Part shown: in pieces, positions 29,407 to 39,663 of the stretch | How positions within the stretch are numbered: the first letter of the stretch is position 1 | Layout of the letters: each line of letters opens with the position of its first letter | NCBI GenBank assembly: GCA_964645535.1 | Contig: CAZYCQ010000001.1 | Location: forward strand, 99,017 to 163,016 | From: an uncultured archaeon | Lineage (GTDB): Archaea; Asgardarchaeota; Heimdallarchaeia; Heimdallarchaeales; Kariarchaeaceae | Direction of reading: 5' to 3' | DNA length: 64,000 nucleotides | The notes under the pieces: model-generated | What the model was told of the DNA's origin: nothing | What the model saw: only the letters and a program-made list of their open reading frames with translations | The model's database searches: none | Program-made: the position numbers and the translations under genes

Positions 29407-30867
29407 ACCGTAATAATCCTCGTAATAAACGAATTGTGAAGACATTGTCAACAGATCTTCATCCAACCAGTTGGTAAGTTCCAACCATAATGTCCCGTTG
29501 GCCAAATCATTCAGCAAATCTTCAAGGGTGTCGCTTTTGGTCATGATAGAAGGGTCATCTTCCCCGGAATAACGATCAGGAGCTCCAAAAATATGGCTCA
29601 ATTCATGTTGGAAAAGATTGTCTGCCCAAGATGGTTGCAATCGAAAGCCATTTGCGTTTAGGCTCCCTCCAGCATTTGCTGCCATGTTGAATCCACCAAT
29701 TGCGTCACCAATGACCATCCCGTAATTTGACATGGTTTTGTTTGTATTGAACAAAAGAATATCCAAACCCATGTTGTTCAGGGCTCGACCTCTTTGGTGA
29801 GACCATTCCTCTCCAGGAAGATGCAATCTAGAACCAAATTCTTTGATGGTAAAATCAAAAGCGGAGGGTAGGAATGTCGATCCCTGATAGTCCACAGGCA
29901 AAATTATCGATACAAGGAAGCTTACATTGAACCATTTTTCAAATCGAGTGTTTACTTCATCCAGTATCTCTTGATGAGATGGAAAAGTATCGGACCAATG
30001 ATCGTCAGCAATCCCCACCAAAAGAACCTTTCTTTGGTTCAACAATGTGAAATTGAAAGCCATTTCATTGAACGATGCGTTGAAAGAAAGTGAAATATTT
30101 TGAAAACCAATGATGTTGGCAAGATTAAGATGAATTTCAGTTCCAAAAAGTTGGAATTTTGATGGCCCAATTTTTAGTACACCTGAAAAATTGTTTGAGG
30201 CCAATAACTGAAAATCGTAGGCGCCTGTCAAATCAATTTCATTCCAGACAGTAGCATTGGAGAAGCTGGAGGCAGATGTTTCTAAACTCAAATAGTCACC
30301 TTCATTCTGTGTAATTGCGATCTTATCTGAGACAAGGTTCCAATCGGTTCCCTCAAACATGTTTACTTCAGGAATGTTCTGAACGGTTAATGTTTGATTA
30401 ATGCTTATTCCGGCATGAATTGTCTGACCTTCTACCATAAAAGTGGAGTTGACCCTCTGCAACAGATAGTTGCCATCTGATAAGGCAAAGAATAAATCAT
30501 CTTCATATGCCCAAATACCCGGAAGGAACACCACCTGAAAAACGTGGATTCCTGGAGAATATGTTTGATTGACGGTTTGAAGAGCGTGGGAAATACGTTC
30601 GCCTCTTGCCATCTCTATGACAATGTCAACAATAGTGACGTTATATTTAGTTACATTGATCTTAATGTCAAGCCTAAGTTTTTCTCCCCTGAAAAGTTGA
30701 GAACTAGAATTTACCGAAATGATGGACAGTGCTTTCTCAAGAGGGAACAAGTCCTCTTCCGTCTTATTGGACGAATTAAGCAAGAAAATTGATATGCCAA
30801 CTAAAGAGAAAATGATAAGTCCCGATAGGATCACAGTCAAAATCAGTCGTTTTTGCCGATCCATCAT
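29401..30867 (-). CDS. Membrane-anchored zinc metalloprotease (metzincin)
   Basis: N-terminal TM; HELSHIFGAPD (HExxHxxGxxD) followed by a Met-turn (SIMT). Confidence 0.8.
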   Translation of the reverse strand: MMDRQKRLILTVILSGLIIFSLVGISIFLLNSSNKTEEDLFPLEKALSIISVNSSSQLFRGEKLRLDIKINVTKYNVTIVDIVIEMARGERISHALQTVNQTYSPGIHVFQVVFLPGIWAYEDDLFFALSDGNYLLQRVNSTFMVEGQTIHAGISINQTLTVQNIPEVNMFEGTDWNLVSDKIAITQNEGDYLSLETSASSFSNATVWNEIDLTGAYDFQLLASNNFSGVLKIGPSKFQLFGTEIHLNLANIIGFQNISLSFNASFNEMAFNFTLLNQRKVLLVGIADDHWSDTFPSHQEILDEVNTRFEKWFNVSFLVSIILPVDYQGSTFLPSAFDFTIKEFGSRLHLPGEEWSHQRGRALNNMGLDILLFNTNKTMSNYGMVIGDAIGGFNMAANAGGSLNANGFRLQPSWADNLFQHELSHIFGAPDRYSGEDDPSIMTKSDTLEDLLNDLANGTLWLELTNWLDEDLLTMSSQFVYYEDYYGL

Positions 30868-30897
30868 TATCTAGGATTGCATGGGCATATAAGAGTG

Positions 30898-31260
30898 TTA
30901 ATTCTGGATTTCGTCTGGGTCAATCTCAATCAATTTTTTGAAAACATCCACGAATGCAGGTTTGGGATATGCACCTACGAACCTACCAACAGGCTTTCCA
31001 TTCTTGAATGCCCAAAAAGTTGGAATACTAGTAGCACCGTATTTCATGGCAGTTTGAGGATTTTCATCTACATTGAGTTTGCCAACCCAGACCTTCCCCT
31101 TATATTCCTCTGCAAGTTCTTCCAAAATTGGAGCAACCATTCTGCATGGACCACACCATGCTGCCCAAAAATCAACAAGGATAATCGGAGCTTCCTGTAT
31201 GGTTTTGTCGAAGTTCTCGTCAGTTAATTTGATCGGTTTTCCTGTTGCTTCTAACATCAT
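30898..31260 (-). CDS. trxA: Thioredoxin
   Basis: [15 protein letters not shown]. Confidence 0.95.
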   Translation of the reverse strand: MMLEATGKPIKLTDENFDKTIQEAPIILVDFWAAWCGPCRMVAPILEELAEEYKGKVWVGKLNVDENPQTAMKYGATSIPTFWAFKNGKPVGRFVGAYPKPAFVDVFKKLIEIDPDEIQN

Positions 31261-31645
31261 TTTTCCTCCATTACAATGTGCTTTACTTTTGCACTTAACA
31301 AAATGTTCCTTCTCTTACTATAAATAAAATTGCTTAGGTATAAAGTAGTCTGTCAAAAGGTAAGACAATCTAAATTAGCAAGGAGTAAATTTTTGTTATC
31401 AGAGGCTCTTCCATCAAATTTCGCACAAATTTCGGATAGAATTTCATCGTTAGCACGAAAAATGCTTTCTTCGGTTATACGAATTGCCCATGTTTTTTGA
31501 AATCAATGGATGATTTTTGATTTTTGAACAAAGGCTTGATTTTCATCCCTTCCTTAATTTTGTACTGCGCAAAAGGCGAATCACTTAATTAATACTTGAA
31601 GATTAAACAAATTGAACAGTGCCATAGGCACTATAGGTGATTACC

Positions 31646-31966
31646 ATGCCAATCGACGAAGATTTCAAGGACAAATTATCTGTTGTTGCACAACACCCCG
31701 AATATGGATATGATATCTGGGGAGAATACAATCCACCTGAAAAACTCGGAATTCACGGGTCAAGGGTTGCTGTAGACTTCGACATCTGCATTGGAGATGG
31801 CGCATGCGTAGATGTATGCCCTGAAGAGGTTTTTGAGTGGGTTGAATATCCGGGACATCCAGCATCAGACAAAAAAGCAGCCCCGGCACGTGAAAGCGAT
31901 TGCATCGAATGCCTTGCTTGCGAAGACGACTGTCCAGTTGTTGCCATTAAGATTTTCCCAGAATAA
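31646..31966 (+). CDS. Dicluster (7Fe-type) ferredoxin of the Sulfolobus Zfx type
   Basis: PPEKLGIHG, CIGDGACVDVCP, PGHPASDKKA, CIECLACEDDCP; SD AGGTGA before ATG 31646. Confidence 0.92.
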   Translation: MPIDEDFKDKLSVVAQHPEYGYDIWGEYNPPEKLGIHGSRVAVDFDICIGDGACVDVCPEEVFEWVEYPGHPASDKKAAPARESDCIECLACEDDCPVVAIKIFPE

Positions 31967-31970
31967 TAAA

Positions 31971-32411
31971 TTATCTACATGTTTTTTTTAGAAATTCTAT
32001 TGAATTTGGACTTTGCAATGAACTTGGACGTTTCATTTGAACCTCTTGTACAGCATCTCTCCAAGAATATCCGTATGTCTTGCACAAATAGTATGCCAAG
32101 AAGATTCCAGTTCGCTCCTGACCGAATTGGCAATGGACTAATGCTTTACCACCTTTTGATTTCACTTCTTCAACCTTGTGGACAAAATCATCAAGCTGCT
32201 GGATTTCGGGGACACCATAAACCGGAATATGAGTGATTTTCAGGGGAAGATTGAGGTCAGGAATCATTTTTTCTGCCAATGTCAGCTCAGGAGTGAGCAC
32301 AAATATATCTGTGATGCCATGATCGACAAGAAACATCAGGTCAGATGTATGGTACGGGGCTTCAGATCCAGCGAGTTCTGGTCTAAGAAAGGAAAAGTTT
32401 TGAAGGGGCAT
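31971..32411 (-). CDS. Dual-specificity / tyrosine protein phosphatase
   Basis: CX5R motif VHCQFGQERTG; LAGS..P; RPSSLQS. Confidence 0.88.
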   Translation of the reverse strand: MPLQNFSFLRPELAGSEAPYHTSDLMFLVDHGITDIFVLTPELTLAEKMIPDLNLPLKITHIPVYGVPEIQQLDDFVHKVEEVKSKGGKALVHCQFGQERTGIFLAYYLCKTYGYSWRDAVQEVQMKRPSSLQSPNSIEFLKKTCR

Positions 32412-32415
32412 TTTG

Positions 32416-32754
32416 TCAGAGGTTTTCCAACTGGTTTTTTAGGATATCGATCAAAGCTGCCTCATCGTTGGTGATTACGCCATCCTTTTGAGCTACGGCA
32501 ACACTTTTCTCAATCATGTTCTGCAATGCAACTTTGTAGAGGTTTTTAGTTGGCTGATCTGGATTTTCTTTTTTTAGGTTCATGATTTCTTTTTCTAAAT
32601 CCCTGACATCCAATTGAATCTGATGAATTACCTCGGCCTCATCATGAGAAATGTAACCGTCTTCCTGAGCTTTCTTGACCAATCTAATGAGCAAATCATC
32701 AAGGTTGTATGGAATTTTGTCTCGCGGCATCATAATGTGATAGAACAATCTCAA
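32416..32754 (-). CDS. Small TerB-like / EF-hand-like repeat protein
   Basis: AQEDGYISHDE and AQKDGVITNDE motifs. Confidence 0.65.
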   Translation of the reverse strand: MRLFYHIMMPRDKIPYNLDDLLIRLVKKAQEDGYISHDEAEVIHQIQLDVRDLEKEIMNLKKENPDQPTKNLYKVALQNMIEKSVAVAQKDGVITNDEAALIDILKNQLENL

Positions 32755-32865
32755 ACAAAAATATTCGTCTTTTTTTGGAAACTATTTGTCAAAGACCGCG
32801 ACTTACTTGAGGAGGAAGGGAATGGCAAGTTATATAATTGACCAATCGAGGATGGAATTGAAAGA

Positions 32866-35649
32866 GTGGTTCAGATGGATAAAACGGAATTGAAAAAAAT
32901 ATTCACTCCAGAGCAGTATCGGGTCAAACTCTTTGAAGACATGGGTCATGAGCGGAGAAAATGCATTTCCTGTGGAAAACATTTTTGGTCGATTGATCCG
33001 GACAGAAAAGTTTGTGGAGATACCGTCTGTGAAGGTGGATACAAATTCATAGGAAGAGAAGGTAAAAATTGGGATTTCCACCAGACCATCAAAAAGCTGA
33101 CTGATTTTTTCAAGAAAAACGGACATGAAGTGATTGATCGTTATCCCGTTGTTGCAAGATGGAGGGCAGATCTGGATTTCACCATTGCCAGCATAGCCAC
33201 TCTTCAGCCTTGGGTGACCAATGGAACTGTTGACCCTCCAGCAAATCCATTGGTGATTGCCCAGCCTTGCCTTAGGTTCGGTGGTGAATTCAACGATCTA
33301 GATAATATTGGAAGAACCGGCAGACACCTGTCATCTTTTGTGATGTTCGGCCAGCATGCGTTCAACAGTGAAAGATTAACTACAGGCTACTGGATGGACA
33401 AATGTATCGATCTAAACTTCAGATTCCTCAATGAAGAATTGGGACTGAAACCAGAAGAAATCACCTATGTCGAGGATATTTGGGCAGGAGGAGGAAACTT
33501 CGGTCCAAACTTGGAAAGTATGGCGTTGGGATCAGAAATTGTTAATTCCGTCTTTATGCAATATGCACTGACCAGAGACGGGTACAAGGAGATGGACATT
33601 AAGGTAATCGATGTCGGCTGGGGTGTTGAACGTGTCAGCTGGTTCTCCCAAGGGACACCAACTATCTATGAAGCGACCTTCGGACCAGTGTTTGACTACA
33701 TGGTGACGAAATCGGGAATTGAGATTGATCAAGACCTTTTGAGACGCTATTCGGTTCAAGCAGGTCTTCTCAACATTGATGATGTCGCCGATGTAAAATC
33801 TGCAAGATCAGGTATCGCTCAGGAACTGGGGCTCACATTGGATGAGTTGAATAGACGTCTTGGCCCTGTTGAAGGATTATATGCAATAGGAGACCATACA
33901 AGAACTATCGCGTTTGCATTTGCTGATGGAGCCATTCCAAGCAATGTGGGAGGTGGATACAACCTCAGAGTCGTTCTCAGAAGGATTTTCAACATCAATG
34001 AACTTTATGAGTTTGACTTGGATATTACCGATCTTATCTTGAGACAGATAGATTATGTTTCGAAGTCCTATCCGAATCTGAAAGAAGCTAAGGATTATGT
34101 CCATACGCTTGTGGATTTGGAATATAGGAGGCTTCAATCAACCATAAAGAAGGGTAGAAACTATGTCAATCGGTTATTGAAAGGGAAAAAGAAAATAAAC
34201 GAGGAAAAGCTCATCGAGTTGTACCAAAGCCATGGAATGCCTCCAGAAACAGTCCAAGCCATTGCAAAGGAGAAAGGCATTGAAATAGACATTCCACAGG
34301 ACTTTTATCAGAAGGTAGGGGCACTTCAGACGAACAATAGCAAGGAGCAGACAGAAGAAGCGCCATTTGATTTAGATGAAGTCAAAGGATTGGAGACAAT
34401 ACAGGAGTACTATGAAATTCCCTATAAGTATGAAAGCCAAGGAACTGTACTCAAAGTGCTGGATGACCTCAATTTTGTCCTTGATAAAACCATCATCTAT
34501 CCCATAGGTGGCGGACAACATGAAGATCATGCAACCATCAAGATTGGCCGGTCAAAAGGAAGAGTGATCGATTCAAGAAAATATGGAAAAGCCATTGTTC
34601 ATACTCTCGAAAAGCCTATTAAGGGACTCAAAGAAGGTGCAAAAGTCAAGATTTTCCTTGACGTTCAAAGAAGAAAAACTCTCATGCGCCATCACTCTGC
34701 GGTCCATATTGTGGGAGGGGCTGCACGTAAAGTGCTTGGACCACATGTATGGCAGACAGGTACGGACAAGTCGGTTGAAAAGGCTCGACTTGACATCACC
34801 CACTGGGATAACCTGACAACTGAGGAAATTGAAGAAATTGAACGGGTGGCCAATGAAATTGTTGTAGCGGATATGGAAGTACCAAAGCACGTGATGGAAA
34901 GAACAGAGGCTGAAAAGAAATTCGGCTTCACCATCTATCAGGGACCAGTCATTCCTGGAAGAGAATTAAGAATAATTGAAATTCCAAAATTTGACATCGA
35001 AGCATGTGGAGGGACACATGTGGTAAGAACTGGTGAAGTTGGCTATATCCGGATTTTGGGAACAGAAAAAATCCAAGATGGTGTAATCAGGATCAACCTT
35101 ACTGCGGGACTTAGAGCAGTAGAAACTGTTCAAGAACAGACAAGATGGATGAAAGAAGCAGCGGAGACATTCAAAGTAAATGTTGATCAGTTACCAGCCA
35201 CTGCAAAACGTTTCTGGAATGAATGGAAAGAACAAAGGAAGAAAATTGAAAAACTTACCAAAGAACTCGCAGAGGCAAAAATTCCAGTGGCCATTGCAAA
35301 TGCGGAGGAAGTTCAAACCTCACAAGGTTCTGTGAAATTGATTGTTCTTAGACATGATGGAGATCAAAATGAGCTTATCAAGATTGCAGAGAACATTTCT
35401 GTTCAAACAAGCGATGAAGGTAATTATATCGCGTTGATACTTGGGGAGTACCAAGGAAGAGCACTTGCAGTAGTTGCTAGATCCAAAGGGTCAACATATA
35501 ACTTGAACCCAATCATCAGAGGAATCGGAAGAATCATTGGAGGAGGAGGGGGAGGAAAAGGAGATGTCGTCGCAGGAGGAGGATCAAAACCTGAAAACCT
35601 CCCAGAAGCTCTAAAAAAGGCAAAAGAGATTGTGTCCTCATCAATTTGA
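32866..35649 (+). CDS. alaS: Alanyl-tRNA synthetase (archaeal type)
   Basis: N-terminal CxxC, YPVVARWR, QPCLR, TGRH, DVGWGVER, editing RHHSAVH and ACGGTHV, C-terminal GGGGG. Confidence 0.97.
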   Translation: MVQMDKTELKKIFTPEQYRVKLFEDMGHERRKCISCGKHFWSIDPDRKVCGDTVCEGGYKFIGREGKNWDFHQTIKKLTDFFKKNGHEVIDRYPVVARWRADLDFTIASIATLQPWVTNGTVDPPANPLVIAQPCLRFGGEFNDLDNIGRTGRHLSSFVMFGQHAFNSERLTTGYWMDKCIDLNFRFLNEELGLKPEEITYVEDIWAGGGNFGPNLESMALGSEIVNSVFMQYALTRDGYKEMDIKVIDVGWGVERVSWFSQGTPTIYEATFGPVFDYMVTKSGIEIDQDLLRRYSVQAGLLNIDDVADVKSARSGIAQELGLTLDELNRRLGPVEGLYAIGDHTRTIAFAFADGAIPSNVGGGYNLRVVLRRIFNINELYEFDLDITDLILRQIDYVSKSYPNLKEAKDYVHTLVDLEYRRLQSTIKKGRNYVNRLLKGKKKINEEKLIELYQSHGMPPETVQAIAKEKGIEIDIPQDFYQKVGALQTNNSKEQTEEAPFDLDEVKGLETIQEYYEIPYKYESQGTVLKVLDDLNFVLDKTIIYPIGGGQHEDHATIKIGRSKGRVIDSRKYGKAIVHTLEKPIKGLKEGAKVKIFLDVQRRKTLMRHHSAVHIVGGAARKVLGPHVWQTGTDKSVEKARLDITHWDNLTTEEIEEIERVANEIVVADMEVPKHVMERTEAEKKFGFTIYQGPVIPGRELRIIEIPKFDIEACGGTHVVRTGEVGYIRILGTEKIQDGVIRINLTAGLRAVETVQEQTRWMKEAAETFKVNVDQLPATAKRFWNEWKEQRKKIEKLTKELAEAKIPVAIANAEEVQTSQGSVKLIVLRHDGDQNELIKIAENISVQTSDEGNYIALILGEYQGRALAVVARSKGSTYNLNPIIRGIGRIIGGGGGGKGDVVAGGGSKPENLPEALKKAKEIVSSSI

Positions 35650-35736
35650 TTTAAGAATGATGGGAATTCAGTAATTTAGAGAAGTGCTTTAAAATACAAG
35701 CAAGAGTTTGATTCGTTTTAATCCACTGAAAAGGAT

Positions 35737-36897
35737 GTGTTCAAAATAGGACTGCTTCTAGAATATGAAGGCAAACAGCTCTTCAAGAAATATAAAATAC
35801 CAGTAGTGAATTCCATGCTCGTAACAAACGAGGAGGAAGCAAAACAGGCATCCCAGACCCTTGGTCTGCCTGTTGCAGTCAAGGCGCAGGTTCTTTCAGG
35901 CAGACGTGGGAAACGTGGCCTGATCAAAATCGCCAAGACTGCTGATGAAGTGATCGAATATTCCAAACAGATTCTATCAATGGAATCAGATGGCAGACCC
36001 GTCACGCATCTTCTTATTGAAGAGGGAGCAGATATTGACAAGGAATTTTTCATTTCCATGATTTTTGATCCCAATACATATGATCAGCTGATTCTCTTTA
36101 GTACTGAAGGAGGAGTGGATATTGAAGAATTGGCTCAAGAGCGACCAGAAGCCATTGAAAAGATAAGGATGCCATTTGGAAAAGAGATTTTCCCCTTCCA
36201 TTTCATTGATCACTTAAAGAAAAGGGGACTCGAAGGCAAAGTATTGACCCAAACAGCTTCAATAATGGCAACTCTTGCCAAAATGATGTATGCCGAAGAT
36301 TTGACTCTTGCAGAAATCAATCCACTAGTGGTTACCAAAAGTGGTGAGGTGATTGCTCTGGATTCAAAGGTCGGTGTCGATGATGATGCAATGTTCCGCC
36401 ATCCAGAACGCAAGGAATACCTTTCCGAAAAATTGAGGTACACAAAGGAAGAAAAGGAAGCAAAGGAAAAAGGTCTCGCATATGTTGATCTTGGAGGAGA
36501 TATTGGGATGCTTTCCTGCGGAGCAGGCATGGGAATGGCAACTGCTGATCTGATAGAATATTTTGGCGGCTCACCAAGAAACTTCTTGGATGTTGGAGGT
36601 GGAGCTTCACCAGAAAAAGTTGAGGAAGCATTAAGAATCATGACATCCGTGCCAGGACTCAAGTCCATCCTCATCAACGCATTTGGTGGAATTACAAGAC
36701 TTGATGACGTTGCCAAAGGAATTATCGAAGCCAAGAAGAAATACAATATCAATATCCCAATGGTCATCAGGTTTTCAGGAACCAATCAGGAAGAAGGTGT
36801 TAAACTATTGAAGGAGAACGGCCTAGATGCCTACCTTGACATGGAACCGGCAATCCAGAAGGCTGTTGAACTAGCAAAGGCGCAGGAGGAAAATTAA
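35737..36897 (+). CDS. sucC: Succinyl-CoA synthetase beta subunit
   Basis: EYEGKQLF, KAQVLSGRRGK, GGVDIE, EINPL, GAGMGMAT.D, NFLDVGGGA. Confidence 0.95.
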   Translation: MFKIGLLLEYEGKQLFKKYKIPVVNSMLVTNEEEAKQASQTLGLPVAVKAQVLSGRRGKRGLIKIAKTADEVIEYSKQILSMESDGRPVTHLLIEEGADIDKEFFISMIFDPNTYDQLILFSTEGGVDIEELAQERPEAIEKIRMPFGKEIFPFHFIDHLKKRGLEGKVLTQTASIMATLAKMMYAEDLTLAEINPLVVTKSGEVIALDSKVGVDDDAMFRHPERKEYLSEKLRYTKEEKEAKEKGLAYVDLGGDIGMLSCGAGMGMATADLIEYFGGSPRNFLDVGGGASPEKVEEALRIMTSVPGLKSILINAFGGITRLDDVAKGIIEAKKKYNINIPMVIRFSGTNQEEGVKLLKENGLDAYLDMEPAIQKAVELAKAQEEN

Positions 36898-37761
36898 ATG
36901 GCAATTCTATTGAATAAAGATACCAAGGTTATTGTGCAAGGGATAACAGGTTACCAAGGAAAATTCCACGCAAAGAAAATGAGGGAATATGGAACCCAAG
37001 TTGTTGGAGGAGTCCGTCCTGGAAAAGGAGGACAGGAAGTCGAGGGTTTCCCTGTGTTTGATAGCGTCAAGGAGGCAATGGAAAAAACTGGAGCAACAGC
37101 TTCAGTCATATTCATTCCAGCTTCTGGAACAAAATCTGCTGTTTACGAGGCAGTTGAGGCAGGAATAGAGTTATTGGTGGTTATTACCGAAGGTGTTCCA
37201 AAAGTAGATGCCATTGCATCAGTGAAAAAAGCAAAAGAAAACAATGTCGTCATGATTGGTCCCAATTGTCCAGGTCTGATCACACCCGGAGAGGCAAAAA
37301 TAGGTATTATTCCAGGGAATATAGTCAGCAAGGGCAATGTCGGAGTTGTTTCCCGTTCAGGCACCTTGACCTATGAAGTTCTAGAACAATTGACTAAAGC
37401 CGGTATCGGTCAGTCAACCTGTGTTGGCATTGGAGGAGACCCATTCAAGGGATCAAATTTCATAGACATCCTTGAGAAATTCCAGAACGATCCAGAGACC
37501 GAAAAAATTGTGATGATAGGAGAAATTGGAGGGAATGCGGAAGAACAAGCAGCCGATTACATTAAAAAACATGTAACAAAACCTGTAGTAGCTTTTATCG
37601 CTGGAAAAACAGCAAAAGAAGGAAAAACCATGGGACATGCAGGAGCAATAGTACACGGAAATGTAGGAACTGCTACCGGAAAGATCAAGGCTCTAGAGGC
37701 AGTAGGAGTCAAGGTTGCAGAAAAACTGTCAGACATTCCAAAATTGATTCAAGAATCTTAG
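36898..37761 (+). CDS. sucD: Succinyl-CoA synthetase alpha subunit
   Basis: [33 protein letters not shown]. Confidence 0.97.
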   Translation: MAILLNKDTKVIVQGITGYQGKFHAKKMREYGTQVVGGVRPGKGGQEVEGFPVFDSVKEAMEKTGATASVIFIPASGTKSAVYEAVEAGIELLVVITEGVPKVDAIASVKKAKENNVVMIGPNCPGLITPGEAKIGIIPGNIVSKGNVGVVSRSGTLTYEVLEQLTKAGIGQSTCVGIGGDPFKGSNFIDILEKFQNDPETEKIVMIGEIGGNAEEQAADYIKKHVTKPVVAFIAGKTAKEGKTMGHAGAIVHGNVGTATGKIKALEAVGVKVAEKLSDIPKLIQES

Positions 37762-37844
37762 GAACTATATCCGCGGTTAGTAAACTAAATTGACTTCTAA
37801 ATTGCTGACTTCTGAAATTGAAATAACCAAAATGACATATGAAA

Positions 37845-38034
37845 TTCGGGCATCCGAAAGGAACATGCCCAATTTACAGCCCATAATTCGGACATCCGAA
37901 AAAAATTACCTCGAATTCATTACTTTTATGAAAGCATTTACAGGAGATATTATACTGGAAATTTGTCAGATACTTTAAATAGAAAAGAACTTGTAATTTG
38001 ATTGTAATTCCGAAGTTATATTCGTATGACCGAA
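37845..38034. promoter_or_regulatory. Repeated palindromic operator TTCGG-N4-CCGAA upstream of the FTR1 permease
   Basis: TTCGG-GCAT-CCGAA 37845-37858, TTCGG-ACAT-CCGAA 37887-37900, TTCGT-ATGA-CCGAA 38021-38034, half site CCGAA 38010-38014. Confidence 0.7.
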
Positions 38035-38052
38035 TTAAATGGTGAAAACAAA

Positions 38053-38910
38053 ATGGTAGCATTTTCAACCGCTTCGTTCCTCCTAGTTTTGAGGGAAACA
38101 ATTGAGGCAGCACTCATTGTCAGCATTCTCTTGGCCTATCTGGATAAAACCAGTAACATCAGGTTCAAGAAAGACATTTGGATCGGTACAATCATAGCAG
38201 TCATCTTTTCGATGATTGGCGCAGTTGTATTCACGCAATTCCTTGGAGGATTTGAAGGATCAGCCGAAAAATTGTTTGAGGGAATTGTGATGGTTCTTGC
38301 AGCAAGCGTTCTTTCTTGGATGATCATCTGGATGATGAGAAATGGACGGTTTATCAAGCAGGAACTTCAAGAAAAAGTCGATTTGGCAATGTCAGAGGAA
38401 AAGAAATATGCCCTCATTTCCCTTGCTTTCATCTCAGTATTCAGGGAAGGAATTGAAACCATTCTCTTCATTGGAAGCATTTCTGCATCCGAAGATCCAA
38501 CAGGCGTACTCCTTTCTGCTCTTATCGGTGCACTTGTTGCTGTTGCCCTAGCCATCGGTCTTTTCAGAGGAGTAATCAATTTGGATCTGAAAAAATTCTT
38601 CAATGTCACCAGTATCATCCTCATCCTTTTTGCAGCAGGACTTTTTGCCCATGGAATTCACGAATTCCAAGAGTTGGGCTGGTTTGGCCCTGAGGATACA
38701 TTCTTGAATACCCCACTGTTTGTAATCCCCTTAAGTGACAAGGAAGGTATTCTTGGACCCCTATTGAGAGCACTGTTTGGTTACCAAGATAAACCTACAC
38801 CTATTGAAATAATTGCCTACCTTTTCTATTGGGTGGCCATCGGTTTCGTCTACACCAGAATTAAAGCCCAATTTGCTCGAAAAGAACCGAAAACCGCAAT
38901 TACTGCCTAA
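38053..38910 (+). CDS. FTR1/EfeU family iron permease
   Basis: Two RExxE motifs (RETIE, REGIE); about 7 TM; GIHEFQE; SD GGTGA before ATG 38053. Confidence 0.93.
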   Translation: MVAFSTASFLLVLRETIEAALIVSILLAYLDKTSNIRFKKDIWIGTIIAVIFSMIGAVVFTQFLGGFEGSAEKLFEGIVMVLAASVLSWMIIWMMRNGRFIKQELQEKVDLAMSEEKKYALISLAFISVFREGIETILFIGSISASEDPTGVLLSALIGALVAVALAIGLFRGVINLDLKKFFNVTSIILILFAAGLFAHGIHEFQELGWFGPEDTFLNTPLFVIPLSDKEGILGPLLRALFGYQDKPTPIEIIAYLFYWVAIGFVYTRIKAQFARKEPKTAITA

Positions 38911-38987
38911 ATATTTAGTGACCAAATTATTTCATTTTTCATTCAAGAAAAAGAAGTACCTTTATAGGTTTAGTCAGTTCAGAAAAC

Positions 38988-39599
38988 ATGAACATTTCCG
39001 AGATTCTGGATATGCTTGAACAAGAAGACGATAGACAAAGATCAGAAGGTTTTGACCCCAGTAAGAGAAATAATTCCATTCCAAGAGATGTTGGAGAATT
39101 TACCTCTGTCCTTATTAGGCTTGTAAAGCCGAAAACAATCTTGGAAATCGGCACGTCTGTAGGTTATTCAACCATTTGGTTAGGGGTTTCTGCTGCTTCA
39201 TATGGAGGAAGGGTGATAAGTTATGAAAAAGATGCAGAACGTGCGCAAATTGCCAAAGAAAACATCGCAAAGGCAGGTCTTGATGGAGTTGTGGAGATCA
39301 GAAATGAAGATGCCCTTGAAGCAGAACTTCCTTCCTGTGATTTTGTGTTCCTTGATGCCGAAAGGGATGATTACGTTGATCATTTTGACCATTTCTTCCC
39401 AAAATTGAATCAGGGAGGAGGTATCCTAGCAAATAATACTTTAGGTTATTTCGAACAACTTCGAAAATACATTGAAAAGGTCAGAGACCATCCAGAATGT
39501 AATTCTGTTTTGGTAGCGATAGGACATGGGCTTGAACTGACCTACAAGTTTTCAAATAGCGAAAACGAAGCCTTCAGAAGATTTACCATGGTCAGGTAA
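38988..39599 (+). CDS. O-methyltransferase (YrrM/COMT-like)
   Basis: ILEIGTSVGYSTIWL, DFVFLDAE, GGGILANN. Confidence 0.9.
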   Translation: MNISEILDMLEQEDDRQRSEGFDPSKRNNSIPRDVGEFTSVLIRLVKPKTILEIGTSVGYSTIWLGVSAASYGGRVISYEKDAERAQIAKENIAKAGLDGVVEIRNEDALEAELPSCDFVFLDAERDDYVDHFDHFFPKLNQGGGILANNTLGYFEQLRKYIEKVRDHPECNSVLVAIGHGLELTYKFSNSENEAFRRFTMVR

Positions 39600-39663
39600 T
39601 AGCTTCCATAAAATAACTTATATAGGATAAAATCATAGAATTCGTAAAATCGAGGTAATCAAA

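Noticed and set aside
35521-35583. GGA-rich low-complexity run
   Set aside because: It encodes the Gly-rich C-terminal DHHA1 motif of AlaRS.
37787-37823. Short AAATTG(CT)GACTTCT tandem-like repeat
   Set aside because: Only two degenerate copies with no spacers; not a CRISPR array and too short to interpret.
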